From the NCBI RefSeq assembly GCF_009914755.1, contig NC_060930.1: a stretch of 64,000 bases of DNA. The stretch is one strand, 5' to 3'. Below are positions 1-13,195 of this stretch, piece by piece (the stretch's first letter is position 1; every line of letters begins with the position of its first letter). The translations under genes were made by a program, and so were the position numbers. Under the pieces are notes generated by a model that was not told the DNA's origin, searched no databases, and saw nothing but the letters and a program-made list of their open reading frames with translations. Source of the DNA: the human T2T-CHM13v2.0 reference genome, Homo sapiens.

Positions 1-1295
1 GGCAATCTATGATTGAACCAATAAAGGGAAGTAACTCCACTGTAAATAAATTTGGCATGAATATTTGGGCTTCACAAACCAAGACTAAGGTACATTAAGA
101 ACAACATTAAGTGCAGTTGTTAATCTTAGCAGTTCTATTGAGTTATATCTCCTTATATTTATACAATTTTAAAAAGGAACTATGGATTATTGGCATTAGA
201 ATAGTGATGAAATGAGAAAAATAATTGCTTTTTTCATTCTTGCCCCTTTCTTTGTTTTTTAAAGTCCTATTTTATGTTGCGATTACATAACTTACTGTCT
301 GTGAAAATTTTAAAAATGCCAATATTATCATTGTGCTTTAATACAAGTCACAAATATATTTAAAGAACACCATTCTCCAAAGATTATAAATATTTTACTT
401 TTTATTGCCATCAATGGTATTGGCATGTATGTGAAAGCCAAAGGATCGGAATGAAAATGATTTAATAAAGAAATTCAAAACTAATGTAAAAAATGAAATT
501 GCAACTGGGCTGTCACGGCCTTAGAGAGTTGAGGGGTCGGTATGAAACATTTTGTTTTATTTCTAAAGCTTTGATTGGCCTGCCAACATGCATTTGTGCT
601 GTCACTCTGAGGGCCCTTCTAGTAGCACTGAAGTGGCAGGCAGCTCTTGATTGATGAGTGTTTGCATCCATTTTATTATTTGTTTTATATTTCTTCCCTG
701 ACATGTTTAACTGAAAAAAAATCACACAAGAACCTTTGCAATTATGTGAGTCAACCCACATCAGAATTCCATTTCGGTGTATTTAGGAAACTGCAGCAAA
801 AACAAACATACATACAAACACCACAGGTTACTTGGAGATAAGAAGATGATGTCAGTTCTGTAACATTATTAATATATTCCTGTTCAAGTAAGAGGCAACA
901 AAAAAATCACATGCCAACAATTTTTTAAAAAGTTATAAGTTAGGCTAAAACTTTCTGAAATGGTTTCAAACATAAAACGATGTCTTTGGTAGTGAGCCAT
1001 TTTACTATTTCCCCACCGCAATTTTCACATGCAAAGGGGAAAAGACCCCAAGATTGAGACTTTAAATTTCAGCATTTGATTGCATAAATATTGGTAAGCA
1101 GTGTTTAAAGGCTAAAGTGGCCCTGTAATCAAAGACTCAGCATTCTCATTTCATGAAGTAATACAGGCTTGTACAGTGTTAATGTCATAAGTCTGAGATT
1201 GGCTCAATATACAGATTTGAGCATACATATTGGCATTAACTTGGTCCTTTAATTTGTGCCACCTGGCTGAATAAAAGGCATGAAAAATATATTCA

Positions 1296-1760
1296 CCCTT
1301 TGATTTTTTTCTATCCCACAACAATGGAGCCAGTTTTTTTTTTTTTTTTTTTTTTTAATCTGTTAGGGCTCTGTGTTTCACTTAAAAGGAAAGCAACTCA
1401 GACTGACTTAAACGATACATGACAAAAAAAGTGGGTTTTGTTTTTCTGCATTTGGCTGATTGCTTTCGGCTTTTATAACTGGAAGATCCAGGGATAGGGT
1501 GGAAATCAAGATTGACTTGCCTTAACTGCTCACGGAGTCATCACTCTGCAGGCCTTGTGCAGGGTCAGCTTATCGTCAGACTGACTTCTCTCGTAGTGGT
1601 AAAATGACAGTATAGATTTAGACTTTACATTCAACCACCCCACTGTCAAGAATTACTCACAAGATGTCTTCTTTCTCAGAATCCATTAAAAAATGTAAAT
1701 GTCCTATTTGGGTCAGATATTCTTTCTTGAACCAATATAAAAGGGAGGTTGACAATGACC
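1296..1760. promoter_or_regulatory. Candidate divergent TATA-type promoter region
   Basis: Minus-strand TATAAAAG (plus ttttata 1471-1477) and plus-strand TATAAAAG (1736-1743) point away from each other. The intervening unique sequence has GATA (cttatc 1569-1574), AP-1-like and CArG-like motifs. A possible minus-strand donor AAGG|GTGAAT lies at 1296. Confidence 0.4.
1334..1356. repeat. (T)23 mononucleotide run
   Basis: Directly visible; no adjacent Alu/L1 body. Confidence 0.95.
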
Positions 1761-1830
1761 AAATTCCAAATACAAATCAAAATCAATTTAAGAAAATTTT
1801 AAGACCCGTGAGTTAAGAATTAGTACTTGA

Positions 1831-2139
1831 GGCCGGGCGTGGTGGCTCATGCCTGTAATCCCAGCACTTTGGGAGGCCGAGGCGGGTGGATCTCAAGGGG
1901 AGATTGAGACCATCCTGGCTAACACGGTGAAACCCCGTCTCTACTAAAAACATAAAAAATTAGCCGGGCGTGGTGGCGGGCGCCTGTAGTACCAGCTACT
2001 CGGGTGGCTGAGGCAGGAGAAAACCCGGGAGGCGGAGCTTGCAGTGAGCCGAGATCGCGCCACTGCACTCCAGCCTGGGCGACAGAGCGAGACTCCGTCT
2101 CAAAAAAACAAAAAACAAAAAACAAAAAACAACAAAAAA
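1831..2139 (+). mobile_element. AluY SINE
   Basis: GGCCGGGCG start, AluY-type 'catcctggctaacacggtg' and 'ggcggagcttgcagtgagccgagatcgcgcc', (A5C)n tail; perfect 16-bp TSD AAGAATTAGTACTTGA (1815-1830 / 2140-2155) after TT. Confidence 0.95.
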
Positions 2140-2344
2140 AAGAATTAGTACTTGATTATGTTGGTGAAGAAATCTTTGTGTGAGCTGAATTAATCTTAAA
2201 AGGCTTCTAGGAGCAAATTTTGTTTTTAAGATATATTTAAATTATGGGCAAAAAGAGTGTGATGAACTGGAAGGGGCAAATTGGAGTAATGCCCCCTACG
2301 TCAATTTTTGTACTTACATTTGAGATATATTTAAAAATAGATAC

Positions 2345-2570
2345 CCCACTGAGCACTTATTTAAAGCCCTATGCTAAGCTCTTTATATATATTATTCATA
2401 TCACACAAAGACCTTTTCTAGAATTAGATACTATTATCCCTATTTAGCAGATGAGAAAACTGGGTTTCAGAGAGGTTAAGTGACTTTTCCAAGATCATTG
2501 TTAGAAAGTGATGAAAAGTAATTTGAATTTATAACTTCTAATTTGATAGTTCATGATCATAACCATTACA
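2345..2570 (-). mobile_element. MIR SINE fragment
   Basis: Core 'cagatgagaaaactgggtttcagagaggttaagtgacttttccaagatca'. Confidence 0.75.
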
Positions 2571-2679
2571 TTATTATTATGCTCACATTTTTTGGTTTAT
2601 AGGTCAATCTCTTATTTTGTGATCTTTAATATGTTTATTATTTATAGGTCAATCTCTTCATTTTTGTGAAATCCCTAAA

Positions 2680-2795
2680 AGCAGAAAAAGCAGGGAATCT
2701 TTACTGCTCAATTCACTAACCTCTCTGTAGTATCTAAAATAGTGTCTGACTTATAGTAAATGCTTAATTAATATTTAAAAATTGTTGAATAAAGG
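2680..2795 (+). mobile_element. L2 3'-end fragment
   Basis: 'atagtgtctgacttatagtaaatgcttaattaatattt...gttgaataaa' resembles L2 3' terminus. Confidence 0.55.
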
Positions 2796-2949
2796 ATTAT
2801 ATCTTTTGGGCTAGAAAATGACATTATTGATTACCTTAGGCCAATTCTGGAACTGGTTGCTACACAAAAGGGGAGAGATAAAATTTATCATAAAAAAAAA
2901 TATATATAACAACAATGTCCGCTACAATTCTTGGAAGAAAATTCCAAAT

Positions 2950-3160
2950 TTGGAGTCTGGCACCACATTTTATTAACTACCTAACTAAAGTGTGGTTTTC
3001 TGTACCTCTGTTTTCTTTTATAAAATTATGGAAATGTATAGTGCACATCTCACTCTCTTATTGTGAATACTGTGAAGATTAAAAAAGGTAATATATGTCA
3101 GTTATCATGCAATATGCCCAGCATAAGAACTCACTGAATATTAAATACTATAATTCTTAT
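2950..3160 (+). mobile_element. MIR SINE fragment
   Basis: 'tgtacctctgttttctttttataaaattatgg...tgtgaagattaaa' MIR core-like. Confidence 0.55.
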
Positions 3161-3829
3161 TGTTACTAACTGTCTTTTCCACTTCATTATCATTCTTATT
3201 AGCATCATCTCCATGAGATCAAAGTGTTCCAATTATATCCTGAGGAGGCTGTTGTTTGATCTATTTTTCAACTGTAAGATGGTCCTTAATAACATCAATA
3301 ATATGTATTAATTGGTAAGTATGGCCAAGAAGACTATTTGGGCTGATTTGTCCTAAATCAGTTACTTTCCAGGGACTTCCCTCATCAAAAGTCATGTAAA
3401 ATTCAATCTAATGAGAGGTTTGCCAAAGAATTTACAGGATGCCTTTGGTATTCAAACAGAATATTCTTGAATCTGATATAGCAAACCCAGGGAACTGAAA
3501 CAAATTACTTAATTTTTCAGTTTCTGGAAATTTAGAACTTAGGAATTCTCTGAAATACATTTTGATTTTGAAGATTTAATAAAATTGTATTCCTTTGTAA
3601 GACTGAGCTTACATTCATCTCTATCTTAGAAATTGTTCTTAAACACTTTTCAACCACCAAAATGTTAATACTTGTACCTTACATTTGTGACCACTTATAT
3701 AGAATCTGATAGTATTAGTTGTTTCATGTGAATGAGTCTTATTTTTCTAAAAATTTTTTCTAAAAGTTTTTAACCGTTATATATTCCTATAGTGACAGCA
3801 TCTTCCACACTTAAAAACTTATAATACGG

Positions 3830-4030
3830 TTAATTAATGTTCATACACTTACAGAGTACTTGGGAATGCTTTTTAAATATCTACCTCTGACATAGTTAGG
3901 GCAAGTAATTTTATTTAACAAGGGAGAAAATTTAAATTTCAGAGCATTAAGTCATTTATTCAAAGTCATTTATCTAGTAAGTGACAGACCCCAAATTTCA
4001 ACTCAAGTAGGTCTTTATATGTCAAATCTG
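3830..4030 (-). mobile_element. MIR SINE fragment
   Basis: 'agagcattaagtcatttattcaaagtcatttatctagtaagtgacagac' MIR core-like. Confidence 0.55.
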
Positions 4031-4799
4031 GTCCTTGGGAGTATTTTTGTTCTAACAAACATTGCTTCTTCAAGTGCATATTCTTTCACTAGACTGGGAA
4101 TATATGAAAGCCAGTACTTTCGTGACTTCTTTGTACACTCAGGTGGTTCAATGTTTTTCTCGCAAGAAACCAAGTGAATATTAAAAATATTCCTAATTGA
4201 CAAGGAAGTACAGGAGCTGACTTGCTAGGATCACAGAACCAACAACAAGAGTGCGTCTGCATGTCAAGACTCTGACCTACTGTGTGGGACTCTTTTCATT
4301 ACTCCATCCTCATCCTCCACCAGCCATAGCCACCGAAGAACACTCACTTATTTAAGCAAACTCTGTTTTTAGAATTGAAGATGATAATTATTTATTGCTT
4401 TTTTCAGAGTTTTTATTTTTTAACATTTATTACAACAAATTAGAATATAAGATGATGTGTCACGCCACCTTCCCCCAGAACTGATTCTGCTTATTTGACG
4501 GTTTGGATAGAGGGCGGCTTTCCCTATTGCATGCTTTCTCATACTGCATCTTTAGACAAAGGTGACCATCCCATAGAGATAGCGATGCAGATCTTGCTAG
4601 AGCTTCTAAACAACTAAATAACCAACTGATGATCAAACATTCATCCATCCCTTTATAAGTTCATTTATTTAATAAATATTTATTCACCTTACTGAATTAG
4701 TGGGAAGATAATGATGAATAAGCTATAGTATAGTGGATGCAGTAGAGAAGGAACTTTATAAATCCACAGAAATATATACTTGATCTTTGGGGTGAACTA

Positions 4800-5030
4800 T
4801 TGGGTATCATAAAAGCACTTAGTGTGCACCAGTCTGTGTTCTAAATAGTTCACATTTAGGAACTCAATTAATATTCATTTATATCTGAGAGAGAACTATT
4901 ATTTACCCCAACCTACAGATAATATAATGGACACCCAAATGAATTAAGTAACTTTCTCAAGGTGGATATAGAGTAACTAAATTAAGGCTTGAAATTCCGC
5001 TGTCTGACTAAATTCCTCCATGCAGCCAAA
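4800..5030 (-). mobile_element. MIR SINE fragment
   Basis: 'attatttaccccaacctacagat...attaagtaactttctcaagg' MIR core-like. Confidence 0.5.
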
Positions 5031-6234
5031 GTACCTTGTGTGTGCTATTTTGTCATTCTCAAGATTCTACAATATACATGGTCATTTGTGTGCATGTTTC
5101 ATTTTTTTTTTTTTTTGCTAGATTCTTTACCCTCAGAGAGATAAATCATATTTCATGTATTTGGGCCTTACCCATGGTATCTAGCATCATGTTTTGGAAA
5201 TAGTTGCTTTACAAACAAATTAAAATCATTGTTCTTTATAAACTCGTAACTAAATAAAAAGTAGCAATAATATTAAACATAAGGAATGAGACAAGCACAA
5301 TGAGCAAAGATAGCAAAATGTAGGCTCTTGTAGTAATGAAGGAAGATCTCAACACTCAAAGAATAATCCTGCTCTATTGTTAAATCAAATAGGATGTCTA
5401 ATTAGCTAAGCAAGGATTTTTCTTTCTTTTTTCCTCCCCCAGAAACCCATTCAATTTTTAAAATATTCAAAATTCCTAAATGAAACAATTTTAATCATCT
5501 ATCTGTAAGTTGGTAGCACTATAGGAAATTGACAGCCTGGCATCAGAGTTAAACACCTTTTTAATTCTTTTTGCTTCTAATTTGTATCATTAGTGCATCT
5601 TAGTCTGTCAAAGTAATCAAAGCCATCAGTGTGGGAGAAAAGGTGACTTGTGCGTACGAGTATCATGTATTTATTAATATGATTATTTTAGTCAATTAGT
5701 TGAAAAGAACTTATTTGTAATGACTACAGTCACTGACCATGTTTATATTAGCATACTTCCACTATGGTGAAGGTCCTGTCTACGAGTAAGAAAGCTATAG
5801 CTAGCATCAAGAAATGTTAAAACAGCTCTGTATTCATGCAGTATGAGGACACACATGTGTGTCCTCTGTGTAAGGAAAAGCAGGGTAGTAAAGTCAAATA
5901 AAAATATTTGGGATTATATTTCTTCTTTGGCTATTCTCCAATTAGAATAATATGAGACTTTGTGGGCACATTACCTAGAATGAAATATGAAGTTTCACCC
6001 TGAGCATACACACGTGGCACACCTTAACTGTTCACATGAAATGTTTGTCTCTTCAATCTACTAGTTTCCAAGGGCTACCATGTGGGGCTAGGGAGAAAGC
6101 ATACTCTATAGCACAAGGTGAAGATACAAATATCGATCTGCCTTACCTTCCTCTGCTTCTCGTGGTATGTGTGCAATTTTATGCCACCACTGTAAATCTT
6201 CTGATACTCCTCACTATGTTTGGTCATTCGAATA

Positions 6235-6522
6235 TTTTTTTTGGAGATGGAGTTTCGCCCTATTGCCCGTGCTGGAGTGCAGTGGTACGATCTCGGCTCA
6301 CCACAACCTTCGCCTCCCGAGTTCCAGCAATTCTACCTCAGCCTCCCAAGTAGCTGGGATTACAGGCATGTGCCACCAAGCCTGGCCAAGTTTTTGTATT
6401 TTTAGTAGAGACGGGGTTTCTCCATGTTGATCAGGCTGGTCTCTAACTCCCGACCTCAGGTGATCCACCTGCCTCGGACTCCAAGAGTGTTGGGATTACA
6501 GGTGTGAGCCACCTCGCCCAGC
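6235..6522 (-). mobile_element. AluSp-like SINE
   Basis: Reverse Alu with 'gtttctccatgttgatcaggctggtctctaactcccgacctcaggtgatcc' (Sp-type); degenerate TSD ggtcatt at both ends. Confidence 0.92.
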
Positions 6523-6949
6523 GGTCATTAGCAGTTTAAAGAAACTAACATTTACTTGTTGAGTTTCTAGCATGGACTATTTTTCCCTTTTTCTCTTGAC
6601 CACTCTCTGGCTCCCAGAAGAAGAAAAATATACATATGCAAGTATATATGTATGAAATTATATATATATATATATATAAAATGTGAAAATATATAGTCAT
6701 ATTCATGGAAGAGAAACATACACTTACACATTTAGAATTCCCTTAGAGGAAGAGCACAATTTAATAGAATGCAGTGTTTTATTTTTAGTTTTGAGAAAGT
6801 ATTCATTAAGGGTAAAACAGGAAAGACGATCAAAGCACATGAAAGAGAAACTGTATTCTTTGTACTTTCCTTGTTGTCTTGACTGAAATTTAGTCCTCTT
6901 CACCTCTTGCCCTACTGGATTCGCTAACCTCCAATTTTCTTCTCCCTAT

Positions 6950-7830
6950 TGTGCTAAACTCAAAAATGTGCCTAGAAACCAAAGAATAAGGTTGCTTGTG
7001 ACTTGTGTATGTTTGGAATAGGGAATTACCATATTTAAGTTTCTCAGAGATTTTAGAATTATCTCCCCCACCCCAAAGACAGGGAATTTTTTTTTCTTGT
7101 TTCTCCCCCTACCCACTCCACCCTTCGCTGTCAATTTAGAAGCTGCCTGAAACAGGCACTGTAAAAACACTGGGTGGCAGTCCCTCTCTCTTCCAGCCAC
7201 CGATACCAGAATGGACTGTTATCAGGAGCACTCCAGCTATGAAGCACACATTCTTTCCCTGCATTTGCTGGCTGCGCTGAAACTGTAAATTCCACAGGAG
7301 ATCAGGCAGTTCAGTGGAGACAGGGCAGTGCAGAACAGCAGAAATAACAAGTTTTCCTAAAAGCACGTGTCACCAAACAAAACCATGAGATTTCCTAGGT
7401 CAGCTAAAGCACGAAAACTGGAAGTGAAAAATGCCCTGTTCAGTGATCCAGTCAATGGGATTAAATCATAAAACTCCCAACAGTTGTTTTCAGCAGTCTC
7501 ACCCGTGATTTTATGAGTACAAAGGCCTATGTCGGGATCCCATATTTTTTCCCTTCTTCCACGTCTAGTTCTGCGCACTGTTATCATTTACGTAAGTTTC
7601 CTGTAATCAAAGCATCTGTAAGCTTTAGCATGTAGAGTGTCTTGCCATATTCTGTTTCTTTTCTTTTTCTCTCCAAGCATCCCAGCCCTCCCGGCATCCC
7701 CCCATTCAAGGCATGAGTCTGTGTTATGGAGCTCCAAAATACACACAGTACAGCTTGCCCACTGAGAATCAGCAGTGTCCCAGAACATGGCTCATGAGTC
7801 AGCTCCTTTCAAAACTCCTGAGCACTGCTG
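6950..7830. promoter_or_regulatory. Candidate enhancer-like unique region
   Basis: Repeat-free, relatively GC-richer island; CACGTG E-box 7364-7369, TAGGTCA half-site ~7396-7402, ATGAGTCAGC AP-1/ARE-like site 7794-7803. Confidence 0.3.
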
Positions 7831-10800
7831 GATAGAAAATAAAGATTTTTTTATTCAATTAATTTTAATGATTAAAAATATGACAATGCAGACATTTAGA
7901 AAGTATTTAAACGGGCAGTTTGTGGCATTATAAATATTGTAAGCAAAACAAACAAACAAACAAACAGACAAACCCAACAATTCCCATATGGTACCTTTGA
8001 TAGAAGATATTTAATTAAAATAGCTAAGGCCGTTTACAGATCCTGAGTTTTCATAACAAAGAAGAGGGAGTTTGAGCTGAGGGTCATAAATGATTGTATC
8101 TAAATGATAGTTATCTATATCTATGTTTTGTTTATTTTTAACCGTTGATGCTATGACACCAATAGTCTAAGACTACAAATAAATACATAAATAAATAAAT
8201 TCAAAAAGCAAAGGCCAGTTTTCTTAGCCAAGGGAATTCACCACAGACAGATTCATGTTTCTTAAAATTATTTTTTCTTTATAATCAGTAGCCCATAAAA
8301 ATTAACAGAAACAAGATTTCCTCAGTGTTGTTACTGCAAAATTAAATAAAACAACTAAATTAATGATTTAAGATCTAGGCTCCAAAATAATGGATAACAA
8401 TCAGAAAGAACCTACGAGAATTAATTTTCAAAATAGCAAGATTTAAGCAAGGATTCTTTTTACTAACAAATGTCTTCTTTGTGCTAGATTTTGTTGAGGT
8501 TTCTTGGAGTTTCAGCAGTGAACAAAATAAATGAAGCTTTGCTCATGGGGACACACCCCACACATAAAACACCTGTCTCTAATTCCAGATTAGATGATGA
8601 GATGACCGTTTTGTATACATCATTTATATCCTCAATTAGCTAGTAAGTTATCCTATTCATTGAAGGTGCTCAAAATTTTGCTTTAAAAATGAATTAATTA
8701 CTGATGTCTTTGACAAAGAGAGTCAGTATACCTGAGTGTAAAGTGATCAGCCAAAAATATTTTTAAATGCATACTTAATTATAAATAAAATACATTAAAA
8801 TCTATATTGGGACATTAATTATATAACATTTAGATAGGACATCTCTACAGGCATTAATTACTTTGCTTATTTTTCTGCCTACAATTTAAATAAGATTTGT
8901 AATAATATACACAGAAACACTAATATTGTACTTTTACCAGAAATTTAATATTGAATTTTTTATATATAAAATGGAAAATCTTGCCCATGTGACTCATACA
9001 TCGTGCCTGTGACTTTAATGCCTTTAACAAGACAGCCTAATGGCCCATTATTGTTTTTAACAGGCCACCTTAAAATAACCTTTCAGCAAATTTTCTGACA
9101 TATTTTATCTTAGCCTCCATTTATTTCATTTATATTGACCCTAGTCTCTTTAAAATTGCTGGTTTTTGAGAAACATTGGAGTAAGCACAGCATTTCTGCA
9201 AAGACTTTCGGATTCTTCCAGTAATGTCACATTGATGCTGCTTAGTTTTATGGCTAGCAATCTACTCTTCTTTTGGAATCTGTCAGGATCAGAAAAATGC
9301 ACATTAATCATTTACTATAGGAGCATGTACTGCTCCAAATGTCCCCCATTTCAAGATGGCAATTGGGCACTTGTCAGGAATTACCCACAGCCACACAAGT
9401 GGGGAATTGGCTGTGTAGTGTTAACCGTGGACAGCACCTTCTCCTGTAGATAATGTTCTTAGAGACCTAAGGATGGACCTCCATAAGTTGTCATAGGAAT
9501 ACAGGGCTGCCATATAAATGTTCTTTGCCATTGACATACTATAGGGACTGTTTAACTTTCAGATTGAGTCTCAGCCATGGGACAGCTCCAAAGGAGCAAT
9601 ATAGCTTTCAAAGAGTCTTTGGGGGTGGGAGCAACACCATCTCTAAAAGACTTTTTCAGATTAGAGTTAGGTCTAGTAGTTGAGAAATCCAGGAAGATTA
9701 TGATTCCAAACTAGACAAGTGGTGGTGTGGGAATTTGGGGAGACATTTAGTTGGTTTCTCCCTCAAAGATGTAAAAACACCTTTTTGACTGTTTGACATT
9801 GTGTGAAGATATGTGGTCCCAGGAAGTCATTAAACAGAAGCCTTCTGGAATAATTTTTACTAACTGAGTATCTTTACATTGCTATTACCTTACAGGCTGC
9901 AATATCTTCTCTAAGATTCTGGCCTACATTCAGAACCATTTAATTCATCTCCCTTCTTTTGCAGGCAACTCTTCCTCGTTGCTCTAGGAAATGCAAAACC
10001 CAGTGTCAGCTATTTAGAAGGCAAATATTATTTTCCTGTAATATATGAAAACTGACTCATTCTTTCTTAGCAAACAAGACAGCCAAACTACCCAGGAAAA
10101 ATATGCATGATGTTTCTGACTTAATCCTAGATCATTTTGTTGCTGAAAATATATGATTTTTTATTCTTTAAGTTTTGACCCCTGTTATCCCTTAGATGAC
10201 TAGGTTATTTATAGCGTAACTGCTATCCACACATCTAGATATGCTTCAGATTGAAGGAGAGAGAAAAAAGAGACTTAACACATCTATTTATTTCATTCTA
10301 TCTAGTCACATTTCATCCATATCAATTTCATTCTCTTCAGCAGCAAGAGTTTAAAACTGGAATGTAAAGGCTTAATATGTAGTAAAAGATAAATTACAAT
10401 ATGAGGTAGTAATAAGTATCAAATTAAAATATTAAATAAAATCATGAAGGGTTTTGTCATTTGAATTCAGTATTTTAAAATATGCACATGGGTAAAATCT
10501 GAAAGGTAAGATAAAAAATAGTCATTAAAAATAGTGGAAAGTGGAGTCTTTAAAAATTCTTTTAAATAATTATTTCATCACATTTTCAATTAAAAGGATC
10601 AAAAGAGTAGTTTAAATGTTATATCCAATGTGTATGTGCAATGCCAACATACAGCAGGTGCTCATAAATTTTGTTGAATAAGTGAATATGTGAATGGCTG
10701 AATAAATAAATAGATAAATGGAGGAAATGGAGATAGCTCAGGAAAAGTTGCTGTCGGCTGGATTGCATGCAGAAACAAATCTAGAACTTGAATGCAATAA

Positions 10801-11431
10801 ACCTGAAGAAAAGATACAAAAGGGAGGGTGTTACATGAATATTTAGCACGTGGAGATAAGGATAAAGATGACATCTTCAGCAACTTAGGTTAGGAAAATA
10901 GGAAAGCGTTTGTTAAGTATGTAAATGATGTTCTGAAAGTGATATTCAGGGAAAATTAACTTGGCATAGTAAGAATCTAAACTGGTAGAAACTTTCTATA
11001 AAATAATTTGATAAAACATATTAAAACCTCTTTACCTGGCAATCCAAATTTAGAAATGTTTCCTAAGGAGGTAATTGAACATATATACAAGTATATGATT
11101 AAAGATATTCAATTGAATATTTTTAAGGAAAAAAAAAGAAAATGGAAGAAACCAAATAGATATAAAGAAACTAAAGGTTGAATAAAATATGATTCATCCA
11201 TAAAATGTGTGATTAATTTATTGAGGTGGAAATAGTGCTCATAGTTTTTCATATAGTTGGTGGAGAAAGAACTACTTATAGGGAGGATTTATTAAATTAT
11301 TTATATTAAAATATATAGATTTCTGTTTTTTCACCTTTTTTCACAATAGTGCAATATGACATTTTTATGGCATTCAATGATTTCCTTACTTTGATGTGAA
11401 ACTACATTTCTAAGCACCTATCTATCATTAG

Positions 11432-11485
<54 letters not shown>
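11432..11485. repeat. (TCTA)~13 tetranucleotide STR
   Basis: Directly visible. Confidence 0.95.
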
Positions 11486-11709
11486 ATCTGCCTATCTACA
11501 GGCTCCAGTTAGGAAGCATCCATTTCTCCCTAAATACAAATTTCTCTTTATTATTCCAGCAGTGCTGCTCAGTTTCCTCCAGTATGATTAGCTATCTTAA
11601 GTATTCACCCTGTATTTATTTGAAAAGGTTCTGTTGAAGGCATCCTTGACCTTTTAGGCCAGACATATATTTCTTCTCAAACTTCTAAGGCATTTGACCA
11701 TAAGAGAAT

Positions 11710-11900
11710 CCTGATCATCAGTAAGACATGAATTTGAATCTCAATCCCATAACTGAATTATACTTTCTGAATCTTAAGCCCGTCATCTTTAAAATGGGAC
11801 TATTAGATACTACTTCACAGAGTTGTATAGATAATGTGTGTAGAGCACTCAGAGTAGTACCTACATTTGATTAAGGGCTCTATACTTGTGAGTTCTTCCT
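11710..11900 (+). mobile_element. MIR SINE fragment
   Basis: 'gtcatctttaaaatgggactattagatactacttcacagagttgt' MIR core. Confidence 0.6.
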
Positions 11901-12460
11901 CCAGGCACTCTGTTGATATGGTGGTTCTCTAATTGCACTGAATAGATTTTAATGATGAATAATCTAAATCATTTTATTCCTTGTAGTGTGAGGCAGTGCC
12001 ATGTATCCAGCAGTCATTCAGTAAAGATTTGTTGACACTGTGAATATAAATTCATCATAAGGGAATTTTGAAACAACTTTTAAATATCCTGCTGGGAGAC
12101 ATACATAAAATGGGACATTTCCCAGAATACACATGGCTTACTCTTTCTAGATGTCTTCATCCCTCTAAAATAACAACAACAAAAATGGCTGTTAATGCTA
12201 TGGGCAACACAGAACAGGACTCTTGGTAAAGTGCACTTTAGTGATTTTTCAGTTGGTCACCTACTCATCTAGTTAATGGTGTGAACCACGGAAAAAGCAG
12301 GAACGAAGCTCACAAAATGTGACAGAAGTCTAAAAAAGTTATGTGCTTTACCACGATTGTGAAAGTAGCTTATGTTTTACAAAATGTGATTTCTTAGTTA
12401 GCTAAAAGATGCCTTCTTGGCCAAAGGGAGGTGTGGTTGGGGAGATGACTGTGGGGGATT

Positions 12461-12493
12461 TTTTTCATATGTTTTTCATATGTTTTTCATATG
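12461..12493. repeat. Perfect tandem repeat (TTTTTCATATG)x3
   Basis: Directly visible 11-bp unit, three exact copies. Confidence 0.95.
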
Positions 12494-13195
12494 CTCAGGA
12501 GTATCCTCTATGGCTAGCAAGTAGGCAAGCAGTAGAACAAGCAAACAAACAAAACTCCCTGAGAGAAGGGAAGTAGAATGTTTCTAGTAAATTTCCTATT
12601 AATTATACACCTAGGGACATTTCAGACCAAAGCAGACAACTCTGACCTTGTACATTTATTTTTAAAAATTGACAGTTAATAGTATAACAGTGCAATACTG
12701 CAGTCACCAAGGTAAACAAAACAAAACAAAACAAAACTGTTACTCTTTTTAGCCACTTATTTGGCTAAAATGGACCGAATAACAGCTTCAGAGGATAAAA
12801 CAGGCACTGTGGTATAATGAGTGTGTTAAACAACAACAACAACAAAACAAACAAACAAACAAACAAAAACTGTGTTCAAATCATTTGAGAAACTAACTAC
12901 AAACTAAATTAGAAAACAACTGCAAGGCCTGGCTTCTGCATTTAAACGATGACAGCTATTGGGCCCTCAGATAAGGAACTAAAAATGAACATTGCAGTAT
13001 CATTAGTAATTGTAGCATCACATTTCACAAAACAAGGTAAAAAAAAAAATAGGAACTTTTAAATCTCATTGCCCTGAAGTCTCCACTGCAAAGGCATTTG
13101 TTTTGCATCATATCCTCATCAAAAAATAAGAAAGAAAAATCAATAGAACTGTCACTGAGTCATCGACACTTCTTAACTGTGTTCCCTTCCAACAG

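Noticed and set aside
1296-1480. Assigning a gene name to the candidate minus-strand first exon
   Set aside because: I cannot recognise the sequence with confidence; it needs a genome search
1661-1686. Minus-strand ATG mini-exon MDSEKEDI followed by GTGAGT donor
   Set aside because: Only 26 nt, no recognisable protein, and no downstream coding exon visible in the window; may be chance
1919-2125. Alu-derived ORFs (also 6036-6430, 16542-16800, 20113-20379, 29891-30136, 52579-53011)
   Set aside because: Typical spurious Alu translations
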